Positions 1-13,489 of a stretch of DNA of 64,000 nt are shown here, piece by piece. Made by a program: the position numbers and the translations under genes. How positions within the stretch are numbered: the stretch's first letter is position 1; every line of letters starts with the position of its first letter. The notes under the pieces are model-generated. The model saw only the letters and a list, made by a program, of their open reading frames with translations, was not told where the DNA came from and searched no databases. This DNA comes from Camelus dromedarius (Eukaryota): the NCBI RefSeq assembly GCF_036321535.1, contig NC_087438.1, positions 12,154,001 to 12,218,000 on the forward strand, in the 5' to 3' direction.

Positions 1-339
1 GTATCCATGGGAGATTGGTTCCAGGACCCCATGGATACCAAAATCCATGGATTCTCAAGTTTCTTACATTAAATGGTGCAGTATTTGCATATAGCCTACA
101 CACATCCTCCAGGATACTTTAAATCATCTCTAGGTTACTTACAATACCCAATACAATGTAAATGCTACGTAGATAGCTATAGATACAATGTTAACTGTTA
201 TGCATATAGTTGTCAGCACATGGCAAATTCATGTTTCACTTTTTGGAACTTTCTGGAAATTTTTTCCCCTGAATATTTTTGATCTGAGGTTGGTTGGATT
301 CCCAGATGTGAAACCCTTGGATAAGGAGGGCTGACTGTA
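1..339. mobile_element. MER2-like TcMar-Tigger non-autonomous DNA transposon (cut by window start)
   Basis: Resembles MER2 (gattggttccaggacccc...gatacCAAAATCC; ...gagggctgactg followed by TA target site at 338-339). Confidence 0.8.
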
Positions 340-340
340 C

Positions 341-1080
341 CTACTCAATTAAGTTGAATATTTATACTCACACAAAAGCATAGCCTTTATTCATAATTAT
401 CCAAAGCTGGAAGCAACCATGATGCCCTTCAGTTGGTAAACAAAGAAACTGTAGTACATTCATTCAATGGAATATTATTCAGATTTTTTTTTTTAAAAAG
501 AGCTCTCAAGCCCCCTAAAGACTCGGAGGAATCTTGAATCCATAGTGCTAAGTGCAAGAAGACTTTCTGAAACAGACATATACTATGTATGTGATTCCAA
601 TTACATGGTATTCTGAGTAAGGCAAAGCCATAGAGATGGTAGAAAGATGAGAGGTTGCTAGGAGCTCAGGGGAGGGCTGAAAAGGTAAGGTGCTGGGAAA
701 TTTCAGATTGGTGAAACTGTTCCACCTGATGCTGTACCAGTGGGTGCGTGACATGATACATTTGTCCAAATCTGCAAAATTTTACAGCAAAAGAATGAAC
801 CTTGGAGGATCCCAGGAAATAACTCAGATGGTCACAAAAGAATCTGAATGTGTTACAAATGTGTGAAACAACATCATTGAAGGACTTGGGGGAAACCTAC
901 AACTCAAGTAGCTTTGGACATGGAGTCTCTTCAGTCTTAAGACTTAAAGGCAAAAGGAGTCCCATGTGATGAGTATGGTTTTGTAGTTGATAAAGTTGTT
1001 TCCCCGCATATGGATCAACAATTCTGAAACTGCTATACATCTATACGGGAACAGAACAATTGAATAAACAGATGGTGGAA
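341..1080 (+). mobile_element. Old L1MC-type LINE-1 3' region
   Basis: Degenerate L1M 3' motifs (ttattcataat...ctggaagcaacc, gtagtacattcattcaatggaatattattcag, tactatgtatgtgattcca). Confidence 0.65.
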
Positions 1081-2964
1081 GAAAACCTTAATGAAACTAA
1101 TTCTATCCAACTAGAGTTGATTTACCGTCATGAAAACAGCAGGTGGAAAACCCAAATCTGATGCTGGTTTAACCTCAACTCTTAAGGATGCCAGTCACAA
1201 GGTCCAAGGAGTCCTCAAAATGTGCTTCTAGAGAACAAGCCCAAAACACAGCTCAATCAATACCCACCTGTGTTTTCAGTTACTTATATGACACAACTGG
1301 AATGTGCTTCTATGGGGAATAGTTCAGCTCAAGATGTAATGAAGGCACTTTTCAGCACAGAGTTTAATGAGGACAGATGTAAAAGACAGTGGGAGAGAAA
1401 AGTTGTCTTGTTTTCTCCATTAAGCTATCATTCAACGAGAGAATAACGCAGGAAAAGTTGTGGGGTTTTTAAAACCAGAAATAGAATATATTCAGTGAAA
1501 ACCCAACAGCTCTCCTGGAGAAAACCACTCTTGCCAGTTTCCTGGGTTTTCTTCCAGTCATCGTATTCTATGCACGTGTAAACAAATGCAGGACTGGGTG
1601 TGCATGTATACTGACATGCACATGCACATAGATAAACACACACTTTTTTTTTTAAAGGCAAATGAAAACATTCGACATTTTGCTCTGTTCACCCAAGGTA
1701 ATCCTGGAGAGCTCCGTTAGGACACATGGATCGCCTGTGTTTTTCACAGCCGCACAGTATGTCATTACCAGAATGCGTTTAATCAGCTCCCTGCGGAGGA
1801 CCATTTAGGTTGTTTCTGCTCTTTGCTGTTTTCTATTTAGCTTTTGCTGAATGAAAGGAAATAAAGCGGAACAATGGCGCCCCCACGCCAGAGCACTTCC
1901 TGTCAACACTTCCATCCCTGGCCCCCCAAGAATCCTCTTTGTTTCAGGGTGAATGCGGTCCTGTACTTCTGATGGCCAACAGTCAGGAGCCCAGAGAACA
2001 GGAAGGCGATCGCTCCAGGGTGAAGCTGCATAAGCCCTGCCTCTAAGGAAACGTGATTCCCAAGATGCCCTATGTGTGAGACAGGCTCTTGTTCTATGAA
2101 ACGATTACACCACAGACCCCCGGGCTCCCAGCTCTTACAAAGTGTCAATATCAGTTCCACACTTTAATCAGTCAAACTGATTATGGATGAGAAGGCTCCA
2201 ACTAGCAATTTAATTCTGACCATTTTCTATTATGTTCCTGCATTAGACCATGGAATGCTGGCAGTTTATCTGTCATACTGTGTAACAAGGTCACTTAATA
2301 TTTCTAGTCCAAATGATGGTCAGAACCCTAAAGGGATAGGTTATGATAAAAGGCTGTGTCAAAGTAATTTAATAATGAACATAGCAGCTCCCTACTCACT
2401 CAACAGTGACTATGTTTCCACCAATGAATTAAAGCACTCTCCAAGTGTCTCTTAATCCTTACAACCACCCTATGAATTAAATCAGCCCATGATGATCTAA
2501 TGAAACATGTGACGTGAGGCGAAGAGAGGCAACCACTCAGGAAATGCCGTCAGCGAACACCTGCAGGGCACCGTACGTTCCACATGTCGTGTGCTCACCT
2601 CTCCCGCCCTGGGAGGTGGGCAGGGCAGCCACCAGCATCTTCATCTTTCACAGGTCCAAAGAACGGGAGTGATCTGAGTCACATCACACAGCAGTTACTA
2701 AGACAGAAGAGCGGCCGGCACCCACTTCTCCTAACATCAGAATCCCTGCAGGTTCTGCCAAAGCCTCCCTAGAACGCCGCAGCTCCTCTTCTTACCCACA
2801 AATTCTAGTCCAAAGTGACGCTGTGTGAGTAGCTGCTGTGATCCTGGTGGCTGATGTGCTTCTGTTCTGGTGACCAGATTAGACTGTGTTCATGAATCTA
2901 TGGTGGTGGCGGCAGCAGCAGTACTAACACTGTTAGTAGTAACAGCACGAGCGGTGGCAGCAGC

Positions 2965-3165
2965 AGTAATGTTGAAGGCTCACAGGTACAAGGACCACGT
3001 GCCATGCACTGTGCTAACTTTACAATGCTCCCTTTTATTTGATTTTAGCAACTCTGAGGTAGAGATCAACATCATCCTTGTTTGACAGAGGTATAACCTG
3101 AGGCACAGAGAGGTCAATTAACTTATCTGGGGTCACACAGCTCCTCCGAGTCAGAGCCAGGCCAG
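2965..3165 (-). mobile_element. MIR SINE
   Basis: MIR core ...acagag...ctgaggcacagagaggtcaattaactt...ggtcacacagct. Confidence 0.7.
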
Positions 3166-3423
3166 AGTGAGGGCTGAGCTTGCACCAGAACTGCTAGCTA
3201 AGCTGCTCTTCTGCAAGGTGCAAGTTCAGGAGGCGGGGTGGGACATTCCTGCCCTTCCAAAGTATTCATTATTTAACAATGGAGTTTGTTTCCCGGTACA
3301 TTTGCCCTCAATATTCCTGAATGAAATTCATCACAATAGTTATACTGGTAGCAGACTGTAAGTCAAAACAGAAATCAACTTCTGAGGATTAAAACTCAAA
3401 TGAGACAATACATTCAGTTAATG

Positions 3424-3591
3424 CAGGGGTTGGCAAAGGACAGCCTTGGAGCCACATCCGGCCTGCCACCTGTTTTATAAGTAAAGTTTTATTGGAACAC
3501 TGCCACACATTATGACTGCTTTCACGTGACAGAGGCAAAGCCTAAAATATTGTCTATCTTGCCAGTTACAGAAAAAGGTCGCCAGCACCTG
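3424..3591. mobile_element. MER58-like hAT-Charlie element
   Basis: Starts caggggttggcaaa, contains taaagttttattggaacac and cctaaaatatt, ends ccagcacctg. Confidence 0.75.
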
Positions 3592-3704
3592 TGTTGGAGA
3601 ATGAAAGTCAAGGAAACAGTGCAAACTGAATTGTGTCTTAAAGGTAATTACAGGCCAGATTTTGAGAAACCAACAGGGAAAAATAAGATGCAAAATATGT
3701 TATT

Positions 3705-3882
3705 AATAATTCTGGAATTTATTACGTGGTCAAGTAACACTTTGGATTTGTTAGGCTAAAATATACTATTAAAACTAATTTCACAAAGACTAATTTCTTT
3801 TTACACTTTGAAGTGTGGCTATTGGAAAAATTTTGGTTACATCATGGCTCATGTTTTACTTCTGCTGGACAGTGTTGCTCTA
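3705..3882. mobile_element. MER33/MER3-like hAT-Charlie fragment
   Basis: attaaaactaatttcac...gtggctattggaaaaattt...ggacagtgttgctcta. Confidence 0.55.
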
Positions 3883-5844
3883 ATGAACGAGGCTGAACCC
3901 CTGGCTCTGCAAGGACTCGGAGAGTGAAAGAACAACAAAGCTTAACACTACCTTTCTACTTGCATTTGTTTGATACTTGGAGCATCTTTTATACAAATGA
4001 ACTGTCAGACTATTTAAATACAAGGCTTACCTAGAGACAAATCACAAACATTACTTCTCATTGAACCCATTATCCATTATTCAAATATGAAACCCAATCC
4101 TCACACAAATAATGTGAAACAGAAGAGACCTCATGAATAGTTTTCATGAGGCCCATGACTAACCAAAAAAATTAGATGTGAAGAATTTCCATTAACTTCA
4201 AATAAAGGATGAAACAGCCACCTGATGACTCTCAAAATATGGTAATTTCATTTGCCTAATAAATCTGTTTCGTTTCCAAAATCACTCCAGAAGATTCCGA
4301 GGACACTGAATTTGTTTTACTTTTAACAAGCCATTGCACCCAGCATCTTCAGCACCTAAAGTAATGATGAAATACAGCACCATTGCGGAATGTGTAATCA
4401 AGTTAGACTCAACAGGCCAAAATGGGAACAGACACATTCTCATCCGTTTCCCCCCAAGCCTGGCAAGTGAACGCTTAGAAAGGCTACAGCTAGCAGCTCC
4501 CCATGTTCAGTTGAGGCACTTCGCCTTTAACTGGGTCCGCAGGACGTTTCCTCTTTTGAGTCTTAGTTGCCCTTGTGACCGCGTCACATACTTGTTTCCA
4601 AACCCCACCAATGGCCTGAAAAGCACATGTATTTAACGTTTGGTTGAATGCTTCCTGGAGTTAGAAGAATACAAGCCCCCCTCCTCCACGGCTTCTTTCT
4701 TCCATTCTTATTCCTTTCCGGTTTCCTGCTTTGAACAAGGGCCCTTGCACCTGCTGCTCTGACGGCTCTTCCCCTCGTTGGCCCGCTGTGTGTGCAGAAC
4801 ACTGCTCACTGCTGGGGTTCCGCCTCCTCTCCTGCCGACAACAGAGGCAGATACCCCCACTCTGCCTCCCCGGGGCAGGAAATCCTGCAGAAAGTGACTG
4901 GTCTTTGCACCCATACATCAGGCCTCCTTGGGGACCAGGCACCTGGTGCTTTCCCTGGGACGCCCCCTGCTACTCACCTGGGGAAGACAGAAGGCAGAGT
5001 GTTCCTGCAACTGGGGACCCCTGGTTGGCTAAAAAAGTGGAGCTGGCATTTAATTCTTAACGCTGAAAGGAAGCAATGGTTTCCTTCCTGAATTAAAAGC
5101 AAAGCAGCAAATAATGGTATGTAATATTTAAATATGGGTGATTCTCTACAAGGGACTTTCATCACCTTAATTAAATCTCAAAGAACTCCTATTAAAGCAA
5201 GTGGGCCAGCCAGGAAGATTATTCCATGACACACACGGAGGACGTGAATCGGATACAACTTGAGTGCCGGGTCCTAGGTCATGTGACCGGCACACACTAG
5301 GACCTGTGTCTACATTCTGTGCTCTTCCTTCTTGTAGGAAAACCAGGAGGGTGTGACTCCAAATGTGGCTTGTGACACGCGCCAGTCTATGATGCGATGG
5401 ACACCGAGAGTCAGAGTAAGCATTTAGGAACTTTAACAGTAATATGACATGGCCACATCATTTTTATTCTGTTTTTCAAAAGCACCACTCCACAAAGAAT
5501 TGGCAATAAAGCAAAGAACTTCTCTTTTGCCATATGTATTTTGAGAAGAGCTGCTCTAGAAGGTACCAATGTCAATTTTGGGTAATGCTTATAAGAAATT
5601 TCTTGATAACCATGGGTATACAAATCTACTGTTCTTACAACATTATTAATTTTGCACGAAGTACTCAACTTACTTCCCTTTCTATTGTTTAACATCAAAT
5701 CAGGCTCAACAGATAAGGAATGTGTATTTATCGAAATCCTTCCTGAAACCTGTTACAAGCATAAAGTGCCTATTCAGAAAATCTGATATCGCATCTGTTA
5801 AAAGTTCTCCGAACTGTACACAAGACACACTCCAAACATTTTGA

Positions 5845-5930
5845 GGGGGTGGGTATAGCTCAATGGCAGAAACACGTGCTCAGCATGAGTGAAATCCTGG
5901 GTTCAATTCCTAGTACCTCCACTAAAAAAA
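5845..5930 (+). mobile_element. Camelid tRNA-derived SINE (Vic-1 type), short form
   Basis: ggggtgggtatagctcaatggcaga (A box) ... ctgggttcaattcc (B box) tagtacctccac plus A tail. Confidence 0.8.
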
Positions 5931-6239
5931 TGTTTTTTAAACCGAAACGTTTTTGTATTTCTCTATTTCCATCTTCAGCCCCATGCACTCCTCATCTAAA
6001 GTTTTATTCTCCAGGGGAGCCCATGAACCCACCCCTTGTTGGTGGAGCTCCCACTGTACTCAGGGCAGCTGTCCTGGGAACAAGATCATTGTAAGTCAAC
6101 CCTGCATACCCATTCACCTTTGCCAGATATTCATTCTCCTAACTTCCTGTGGAATGAAACTCGGCCACAGGCCCTAGGCTGGCCTTAGAACCAAGCAGAG
6201 AAGCCACGACCAGGGAGATGTGAGGCAAATCTACTGACA

Positions 6240-6530
6240 TTTTTTCTTCCTAATAAAAGGAGAGCTGCTCCTTTTGGCCCAGCCTTGATTCCTTTCAGGG
6301 GTAATATTTACTCCAAGAGGCCAAAACCTTTGCTTGCTTTGTGCAGAGATGCACCCAAGAGCACACAGATACTCAAAAACTATCTGTTGAAAGAACTGAA
6401 GGATGTCCTGTGAAGATGTGATGGCTGCCACTTTGGCAGCCATTTTGCAGCCTTGAGGAAGGGCCAAAGGAATTGCAGATTCATCGATACAAAGTTCTGA
6501 TACTGTGGAGCCTCTAAACAAATGCTTCTT
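6240..6530. mobile_element. Old ERVL/MaLR-class LTR fragment
   Basis: gatgtgatggctgcc...gcagccattttgcagccttgagg motif typical of old ERVL/MaLR LTRs; family uncertain. Confidence 0.4.
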
Positions 6531-9500
6531 ATAAAATGTGGCCCTCATACGTAGTTATACGCTGTGTAGGTCACTGTTCACTGAGTTATTTTGTGTCTTG
6601 TCACTGAAAATTTGGGGGTCCACCCAAAGAGGGACTGAGGGGGTAGGAAGCGTGTGTGTAACACAGGAAGTCCTGCCAAAAAGGAAAGAATCATCCCTGA
6701 GAAGGAGGGGGCGCCAGCAGGGAAGGGGCTTAGACTCCAGAAACACCAAGATCCCTGGTGGAAACACAAGGTTGGTGTATAGCTTAAAGCTCTATAGTGG
6801 TTAGTACCGTAAGCCGCAAAAATACCCAGAGAGCAAATGAGCAATGGAGCAGAGGTCAGCGATGGCAACATAAGCTGGTGTATCATGCCAAAGCCATACA
6901 GACATCACAGAGCTGTGGTCAAGTTCCAGTCTAGGTCAGAGAAGGCAGAATCAAAGACAGAAGGCATGAACCCAGGCTCTGTGGCCACAGCGAGAACCAC
7001 AACATGGTGGCCTCATCAGAAACAGCCAAATAGGCAGGAGACCTGGGACAGGGTGGTTTTTAGGGAGCAGTGAGGTCCTGACAGAGAGGGAGAGAAGAAA
7101 CAGGACGCCGCGGAAGAGGGCGGGCGAGTTGGCTGAGAGCAGATATTCTCAGGCCTCTGGTGGCTGACTAGGTGAGGTCACGTGCCGGAGTGGGAGGGCT
7201 GACATCAGGTTCAGGAATGCGGGAAGGCTTCGAGGGACGGAGGCCAGACCAGGGAGGTCTCCTCCTCCAAGGCTGGTGCAAACGGGCACTAGACTCCCTC
7301 AAAGCATGTTTCTCAAAATCGTCCAGCACACTGTGGCATCAGAGAGTGGAGAACACCTAAGATAAGGACGTCTGTCTGGAGGGAGGCAAGGTCAGTGAGA
7401 CAAGTATCTTACAGATGCTGCACGTCTGTGACTAACTGGCTCACATCTCCTTCCAGACCTGGGAGGCAGTTGGATGTCTGGGCTCCCACTGTGGGCACTC
7501 AAAGCCGGACACTTGAGATTTGAGCACTCTTTAAAATATGTATGCTGTGTTCAAATTAAAAAAAAAAAATTAAAGGTTCACCAATGAATCCAACTAGGCA
7601 AGAAAATAATGAAATCCTAAGGTGGGTTCATGATCAAGAGGAACTAGGGCACTGAGGTCCATGCGAAGAAAAGGAAGAAGTTCGTGCAAATGAAGGAGTA
7701 AAAACAACAGAGGGATGAGAGAGCAGCTGGACAGGAAACTTACAATTCTGAATAGGTCATGGAAGCTTAAAATTAGGCATTCAATGGCTCAAGATTTTTT
7801 AAAAAAATTGATCCTGAGAGTCAATTGCTATGTGTTGAAAGAGACCCTCAGACAAACACAGAGAAAAACCGGGAGAGAGGGAAGGAAGGTGAAGAGATTT
7901 GTTCTAAATCAGACCACAAACCACGGTCAAGCCAACAGAAGGTCCAAACCTTAGCACAAATCCCATCTGGAAATCCTCACAGACCAGCCTCTGTCTTGGG
8001 GCAAATCTGCTGCCATTTTGATCTAATTAAACCCTCTTTCTCTTGCTAAACTAAACTTGAATCCCTCTTTATTCATCGCTGTTCAATTTCCACCTCTCGG
8101 TCCACCGTATTGAATGGGTCAGGGTCCTCTCTATTCAGACTGGCTCTGAAAAAAACCATGCCCAGAAACACAAATCAGGAGGGCAGCTGTCGGTCTCTGT
8201 CCATGTTGGCAAGGAGGCTCCACTCAGTCATGGAAATGCTGAAATAGCTGTGGAACTTAGTGGTGTCGCCTGCACAGTCACCCAGTTTTGTCGACGTGAT
8301 GAGGGTATTTGAGGGAGAAAATGTCAAGCAGGAGGAGGAAGGAGAGGTGTGTGCTCTGGAGCCACACATCCACCAATGCCCAGGAAAATCTGTCAAACTG
8401 AGAATGTAATATTCGGCCAGAGTGATTATTTGTACGGCGTTACATCAGTAGTTCTGAGACATGCCACCATGCTAGCATAAGTCAGTGTACAGATAATAAT
8501 CTGGACAATACACCTGTGTGGTTTCTGGCTTTAAAGTTTCTGAATTTCAGGGACCAAAAAACTCCTGATCCACTAGAAACTGGAGATCATCCACCATACT
8601 TGTTTCTCCCCAAATGTTTCCTTTTAAAAAAATTAGGATGCAGAAGAAAACAAGCGTTCTTAGAGACAAATAAATAGAAAAACCAAATTAGGACCGAGGA
8701 GTTTGAACTATGTCATTAAAATGTGTGAAAATAAAAATAGCAACTCAGAAAAATTGGAGTCAAAACCCAAGATGTGAAATATTAGAAAGAATGTGATTTT
8801 TATCAGGTTCACATCATTTGAGAGCTGGAAGAAGGCTGAGAAATCACCCCATCTCATCAGCTACCCCTCCACATCTGCCTGAAAGAACCTTAAGGATGTC
8901 GCTGATTTATCAATATTCATGAACACAGGATGGGATGTCAGAAAAAAAATCAAATGGGGAATTTTACTTGAAAACTGTTCAGCGCCATTTGCCCTGAGAG
9001 ATGTGATACCGTATTGACAAGTCCTCGGTAAATTCCACTTTCCCGAAGGAAAACGAGGGCTTGGTGACAAGGGGGTGCTGGTGGGTGCAGCTGCCTAGGA
9101 GCCCTTTGGTTTGCTTATTCATGTATTAAAGTGGTTGTCTGCAAGTCATAATGGGAAACTAGCCAGCCTTAGACACAGCCAGTATCTGCGAAGTATAAAT
9201 TAGGAACACCACAAAATATTCCGCTGTGCAGTTGGAAGTTGCTAGGAAACAGGAGGTCAGGCGGTGTTCAAAGGCCAGGTTCTTCCCATCCCTGGGGCCC
9301 CGACAGGACTGGATCTTGCTGGAGTCCCAGCATCACAGAGCCAGACCACCAGGAGGCCAGGCTTCTTAGCTGTGTGGTTCAAGAAGCTTAAATCTGGATG
9401 CTCCTCTTTTCCGGCAGCCTGGCAAAAGCGCCCAATGAGAACATGACCCCAAATCCAAGAAAGACATAGGAAACAGAAAGCGTATGTACAACCATGTAAC

Positions 9501-12383
9501 ACTCTTTCTCCTCATCCGTCCTTAGAACAACATGTTTCAGGCACTTCCTTTAGTGATCCTACTTGCTTCACTCAACACTGACCACGTTGTCCACTCTTGG
9601 ATTAAAGAGCAGTTTTCAGGATTATGACAATACTTTCCCCACGAATTTGTCTTTCCACACATCTTCCCCCAGGTGGATGCAGGTCCTTTGTAAATTCTAT
9701 CTGAGGACATGCTGCTCAGTTTAGTAAGTGGTAAGTTCAAAAGATGAGTCACGAGAGGAAATGAACACCCCTTTGTGCTGGCAGAGCCGTGTCAGAGGGC
9801 TCCACCAACACACACACACTGCCTCTTTCCAGACTCATAAATATGATCAGTATTACTCATCAGCCGCCACGACCATCAGTGGCCAGTGCGTGCCAGGGTC
9901 TGAGCTGGGAGTTTTGCAGGCTGGGTCACGGTTAACCTTGTAACCACCCTAAAAGTGGTGACTTCTATCCTCACTCCATCAAATGAGAGAACTTGACAGA
10001 CCAACATCACGTGGCTGGTGAGAGGCACTGAGTCCAGCATTTCTTACAAGACTTCGCTCAGTCCACCATGATACACGGCCTCCTGATAACGTCTTCGCTC
10101 ATCATTTTAGTCCAGACATGCTGAAAGGGGAACCTGTTTTACAATCCTGTTTGTTTTACTGTGTCTGAAGGACAGAGTCCCTTCTTCACTAGCAAATGGC
10201 AACAAAATCAACTTGTCCCTTGAGAACTGTGAACGTCTTATGCCATTAGCCCTGGAACATGTAGAAAAAGGTTAACTGACTGCTACAGAATGACAGGGCT
10301 GGATGGGTAAGGTTTGAATTAGAGGTGAAATTTGGTGATTTGGGCCACGAGACCATGGGTCCAGGCCAGTGTTGTTTAGAAGCACTGCTGTGGCACGTCA
10401 GACGCTGGTGAATGCTCTCAAAAAGCTTCCCGGGTCTAAATCCCCCATCAATGTTTTGGCATCATCAACTGTGATCTGAGGCCAGCCCATGATTTAGTAA
10501 CCGAAATGGAAATGATTCAGAAGTGCCCTCTCCATTTCTGCATACCCTCCTACATTTCTGCACCCAGGCCTCACTATGGTTAATATTCCACTAAAGAGTG
10601 TTGCTCCATCTGTCCCTGTAGGTCAAGCAGTCAGGTCTATCCTCTACCTGCACCACCTCAAGGCTCTGCATCCTTGGTGAGTGATGATCCCCACAGCCCT
10701 CAGTGGAGTGCAATCTATGTTTTCGACCAGTTCACCAAAGCAGGACAAAGAACAGAAAAGCCTGTGCACCCGGGCCAATTGCTAAAAACCCTTCGAATAT
10801 TCCCAAACCGCTTTCTCAATCATTTACAGACTTTAGATCGACGTGTTGTAACAAGGAGAGTGGATGTGTGCTGAGCAGGCAAAGGTGAGTAATGGAGAAC
10901 AAGTGGCAATTGTATTGTAGTTAATTTTTTTTTTTTAATAGAGCATGAGAAGGGAAAGGCTTTAACTCTGTCGACACTGGCAGAGCCCCAAGTTTGTGTA
11001 AACCAGGAAATGCCTCCAGCACGGCTCTGGACAGCAGGCGCTCATGAGCAGAAGTGGCCCATTTGCTGATGCAACCGGGCCACAGACAATGGCTGGTCCA
11101 TGGGATGGTCAGTTCCACTGAAATGTGTGGTTTGGGTACCTTTCTGCACCTTTGATTATTTGCCCCCCACCAGCACTAACAGGCTGTGTCTGTCTGAACC
11201 CTGGAAATCCGAATCACATGACATCACAACCAGGTCCAACCTGCCCTTCCACCTGCACACAGGACCTCATTTCCCTAATTTGCAAGGTGCCTCTGACTTA
11301 AAGGCTCTACAGGCTTTCATTCCGTGTGCCCTCAGCTCAGTGTAAACCGAACAGTCTCAGCTTCACTGGAACTGATGCCATGAAGTCACTGAATCGAATA
11401 CAGAGGCCAACATTTCAGAGTTAATACCAACACAAACAAAAGGAAAAGAAAAAGTTAAAGAGAAAGAAAGAGAAGACGCCAAGCCAGGCTAATTTTCTTT
11501 CTGCAATTGCTCAAGCCACAATCAGCATATTAAAGATGCTTTACATTTGGCTCAAATCACTGGCGGGGGTTTGCTTCTCCAGCTCAGCAAAACTCGTCGT
11601 GGTCTTCTACTTACATATCTTCACAACCTTATTAAACTGTCCCATCGAAAACAACACCAGGGTCTGCCTGAAATACTTCCTTTTCAAACCCTTCATCCTG
11701 TGCCTAAAACTCGAAGGCTGAAATCTCAGTAACCCAAACTGATGGCACACAGTCGCACTTCATTTTCCTGTATGGAAGGACACTTTTTGAAAGGCGTCAT
11801 GAAACAGTAGCTAAAACATTTGTTCGCTGGTGAGATTTTCACCACTGTGAGCGTGGAGAGGAGCAAGAGGGGAAGATACTGCCATGTTTTTTAGTGGGGA
11901 CGCCTTCACTTCATAAAGGCAAGCTGAGTCTGTCACAGAGTTCCAAAGCTGAACAGTATTCCCTTTTAAAAGAAATACTGACAAACGAGGCATCTGGCAC
12001 ACTTTAATGAGCTGCTTTATCCTTGCAGAGGGGCAGAAACTAGGGCAGCCATTCATCTGAGAAAGTGGATCGCACGGAGCGATTACGTAATCCAGCAAGG
12101 CACACTGATATTCAGGGTGCCCCCCCAGGCCCCCCAATTTCAAATTTTCTAGTACTACTTACTAGGAAAGAAAACAGTAATGCATGTTTAACTCAATGAC
12201 TCAATACCTCTGAAAAACGTTAAATGATACAATTTTCACCATCTATGCAACAGTGCCAACAGGGTTCAAAGCCGGAACAAGTGCTGTGATACAACTTACA
12301 TCGTCCGTAGATGCCATTTTTATCAAGAGCAAAGGAAAAATAAGGATAAAACCAAAGAAATAATCGGCATGGATACCTTAAGC

Positions 12384-12582
12384 CAGTGGTTTTCAACCAG
12401 GGGCAATTCTGCCCTCTGAGGGGCAGTGGGAGGTGTCTGTAAACACCGGGGGAGAGGGGCTGTTCCTGGCATCTCCGGGTAGAAGGCAGGGCTGTTGCCA
12501 AACATCCTATAATGCATGGGACTGTGCCCCAGTGAAGAACTGTCCTGTCCCAAATGTCAGAGGTGCCAAGGTTGAGACACTC
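12384..12582. mobile_element. MER20 hAT-Charlie element
   Basis: cagtggttttcaaccaggggcaatt ... aaacatcctataatgca ... cccaaatgtcagaggtgccaaggttgaga. Confidence 0.85.
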
Positions 12583-13201
12583 CATCCCAACCTGATCAAC
12601 TAACAAATGGTTAAACAAGGAGGTGAAAGGAAAAGGATGTGAAATTTAATTACGGGTACATTTCAATGTCAAGTGCAGGCCAAGCAGAGCCAGGGGAAAA
12701 AAAAAAAAAAGCAAGTTACAAAACTGGACTCTGAGTCCAAAGCTTAGAGGAGTGTTTTGGGCTGGGAAAAACCCCGTGGAAAGGTACTCACCTGGGCTGA
12801 GGGCAGAAGGAGAGAGTGCGAGTTTCTTTAGGAACAGCACGGGTGAGGAGGTGAGGGCCGGACCTGAGGCCAGGCCTCCACCCTGGGAGCCAGTCAAGAG
12901 CAAGAGGGGCAGGGGAAGGAGGGAGGGGGAGAGGCTGGGTCAGAGTGCCAGGAAGGAGGAGGTGGCTGGTGATGCCACAGCCCTGGGGCTGGGAGGTGGA
13001 GGTGGGGATTAGGAAGGCAGGGCAGAGAAAAACTGTACCTGGAAGCTTACAGCAGAAGAGAGGCCAGGGTGGCTTGCATGACATAGCATTAGAAATAAGA
13101 AAATGGGCATGGACTCTTTAGAAATGCTGAGCAGTGAAAAGAAGGCTGCTCAAGGGGGAGCCCAGGCAAATTCTTACTCACTCCCACCTCCCCTTTCTTT
13201 T

Positions 13202-13328
13202 ATTTATTTATGTATTTATTTATTTATTTGGTTAAATTTATTTTATTTTTTCTGGGGGGGGGTAATTAGGTTTTATTTACCTTGTGCCTGCTAAGCGTGC
13301 ACTCTACCACTTGAGCTGTATCCTCCCC
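13202..13328 (-). mobile_element. Vic-1 type SINE with internal deletion, flanked by target-site duplication
   Basis: ggtaattaggttttattta...ctaagcgtgcactctaccacttgagctgtatcctcccc; direct repeat cccacctcccctttctttt at 13183-13201 and 13326-13344. Confidence 0.8.
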
Positions 13329-13489
13329 ACCTCCCCTTTCTTTTACATTAATAAATACACTTTTGAATACAATGAAGAGTATTAACAAGGAGATGGGATC
13401 CTGGGAGAAGGAACCCTGTATAGCACAAGAGGAAAACTGATGGAATATGGTCCCAGGGGAGGTAAGAAAAAGTTAAGTCAAGAAGACTG

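Noticed and set aside
5845..5930. tRNA gene call for the tRNA-like sequences (also at 13.2, 24.9, 29.0 and 30.3 kb)
   Set aside because: A-rich tails, TSDs, the shared non-tRNA 3' part and mutual divergence identify them as SINE copies
11609..11725. Possible internal exon in intron 19 ending TAT|GTAAGT
   Set aside because: Weak acceptors, and the candidate frames either hit a stop or end in phase 1; GTAAGT frequency in this intron is at chance level
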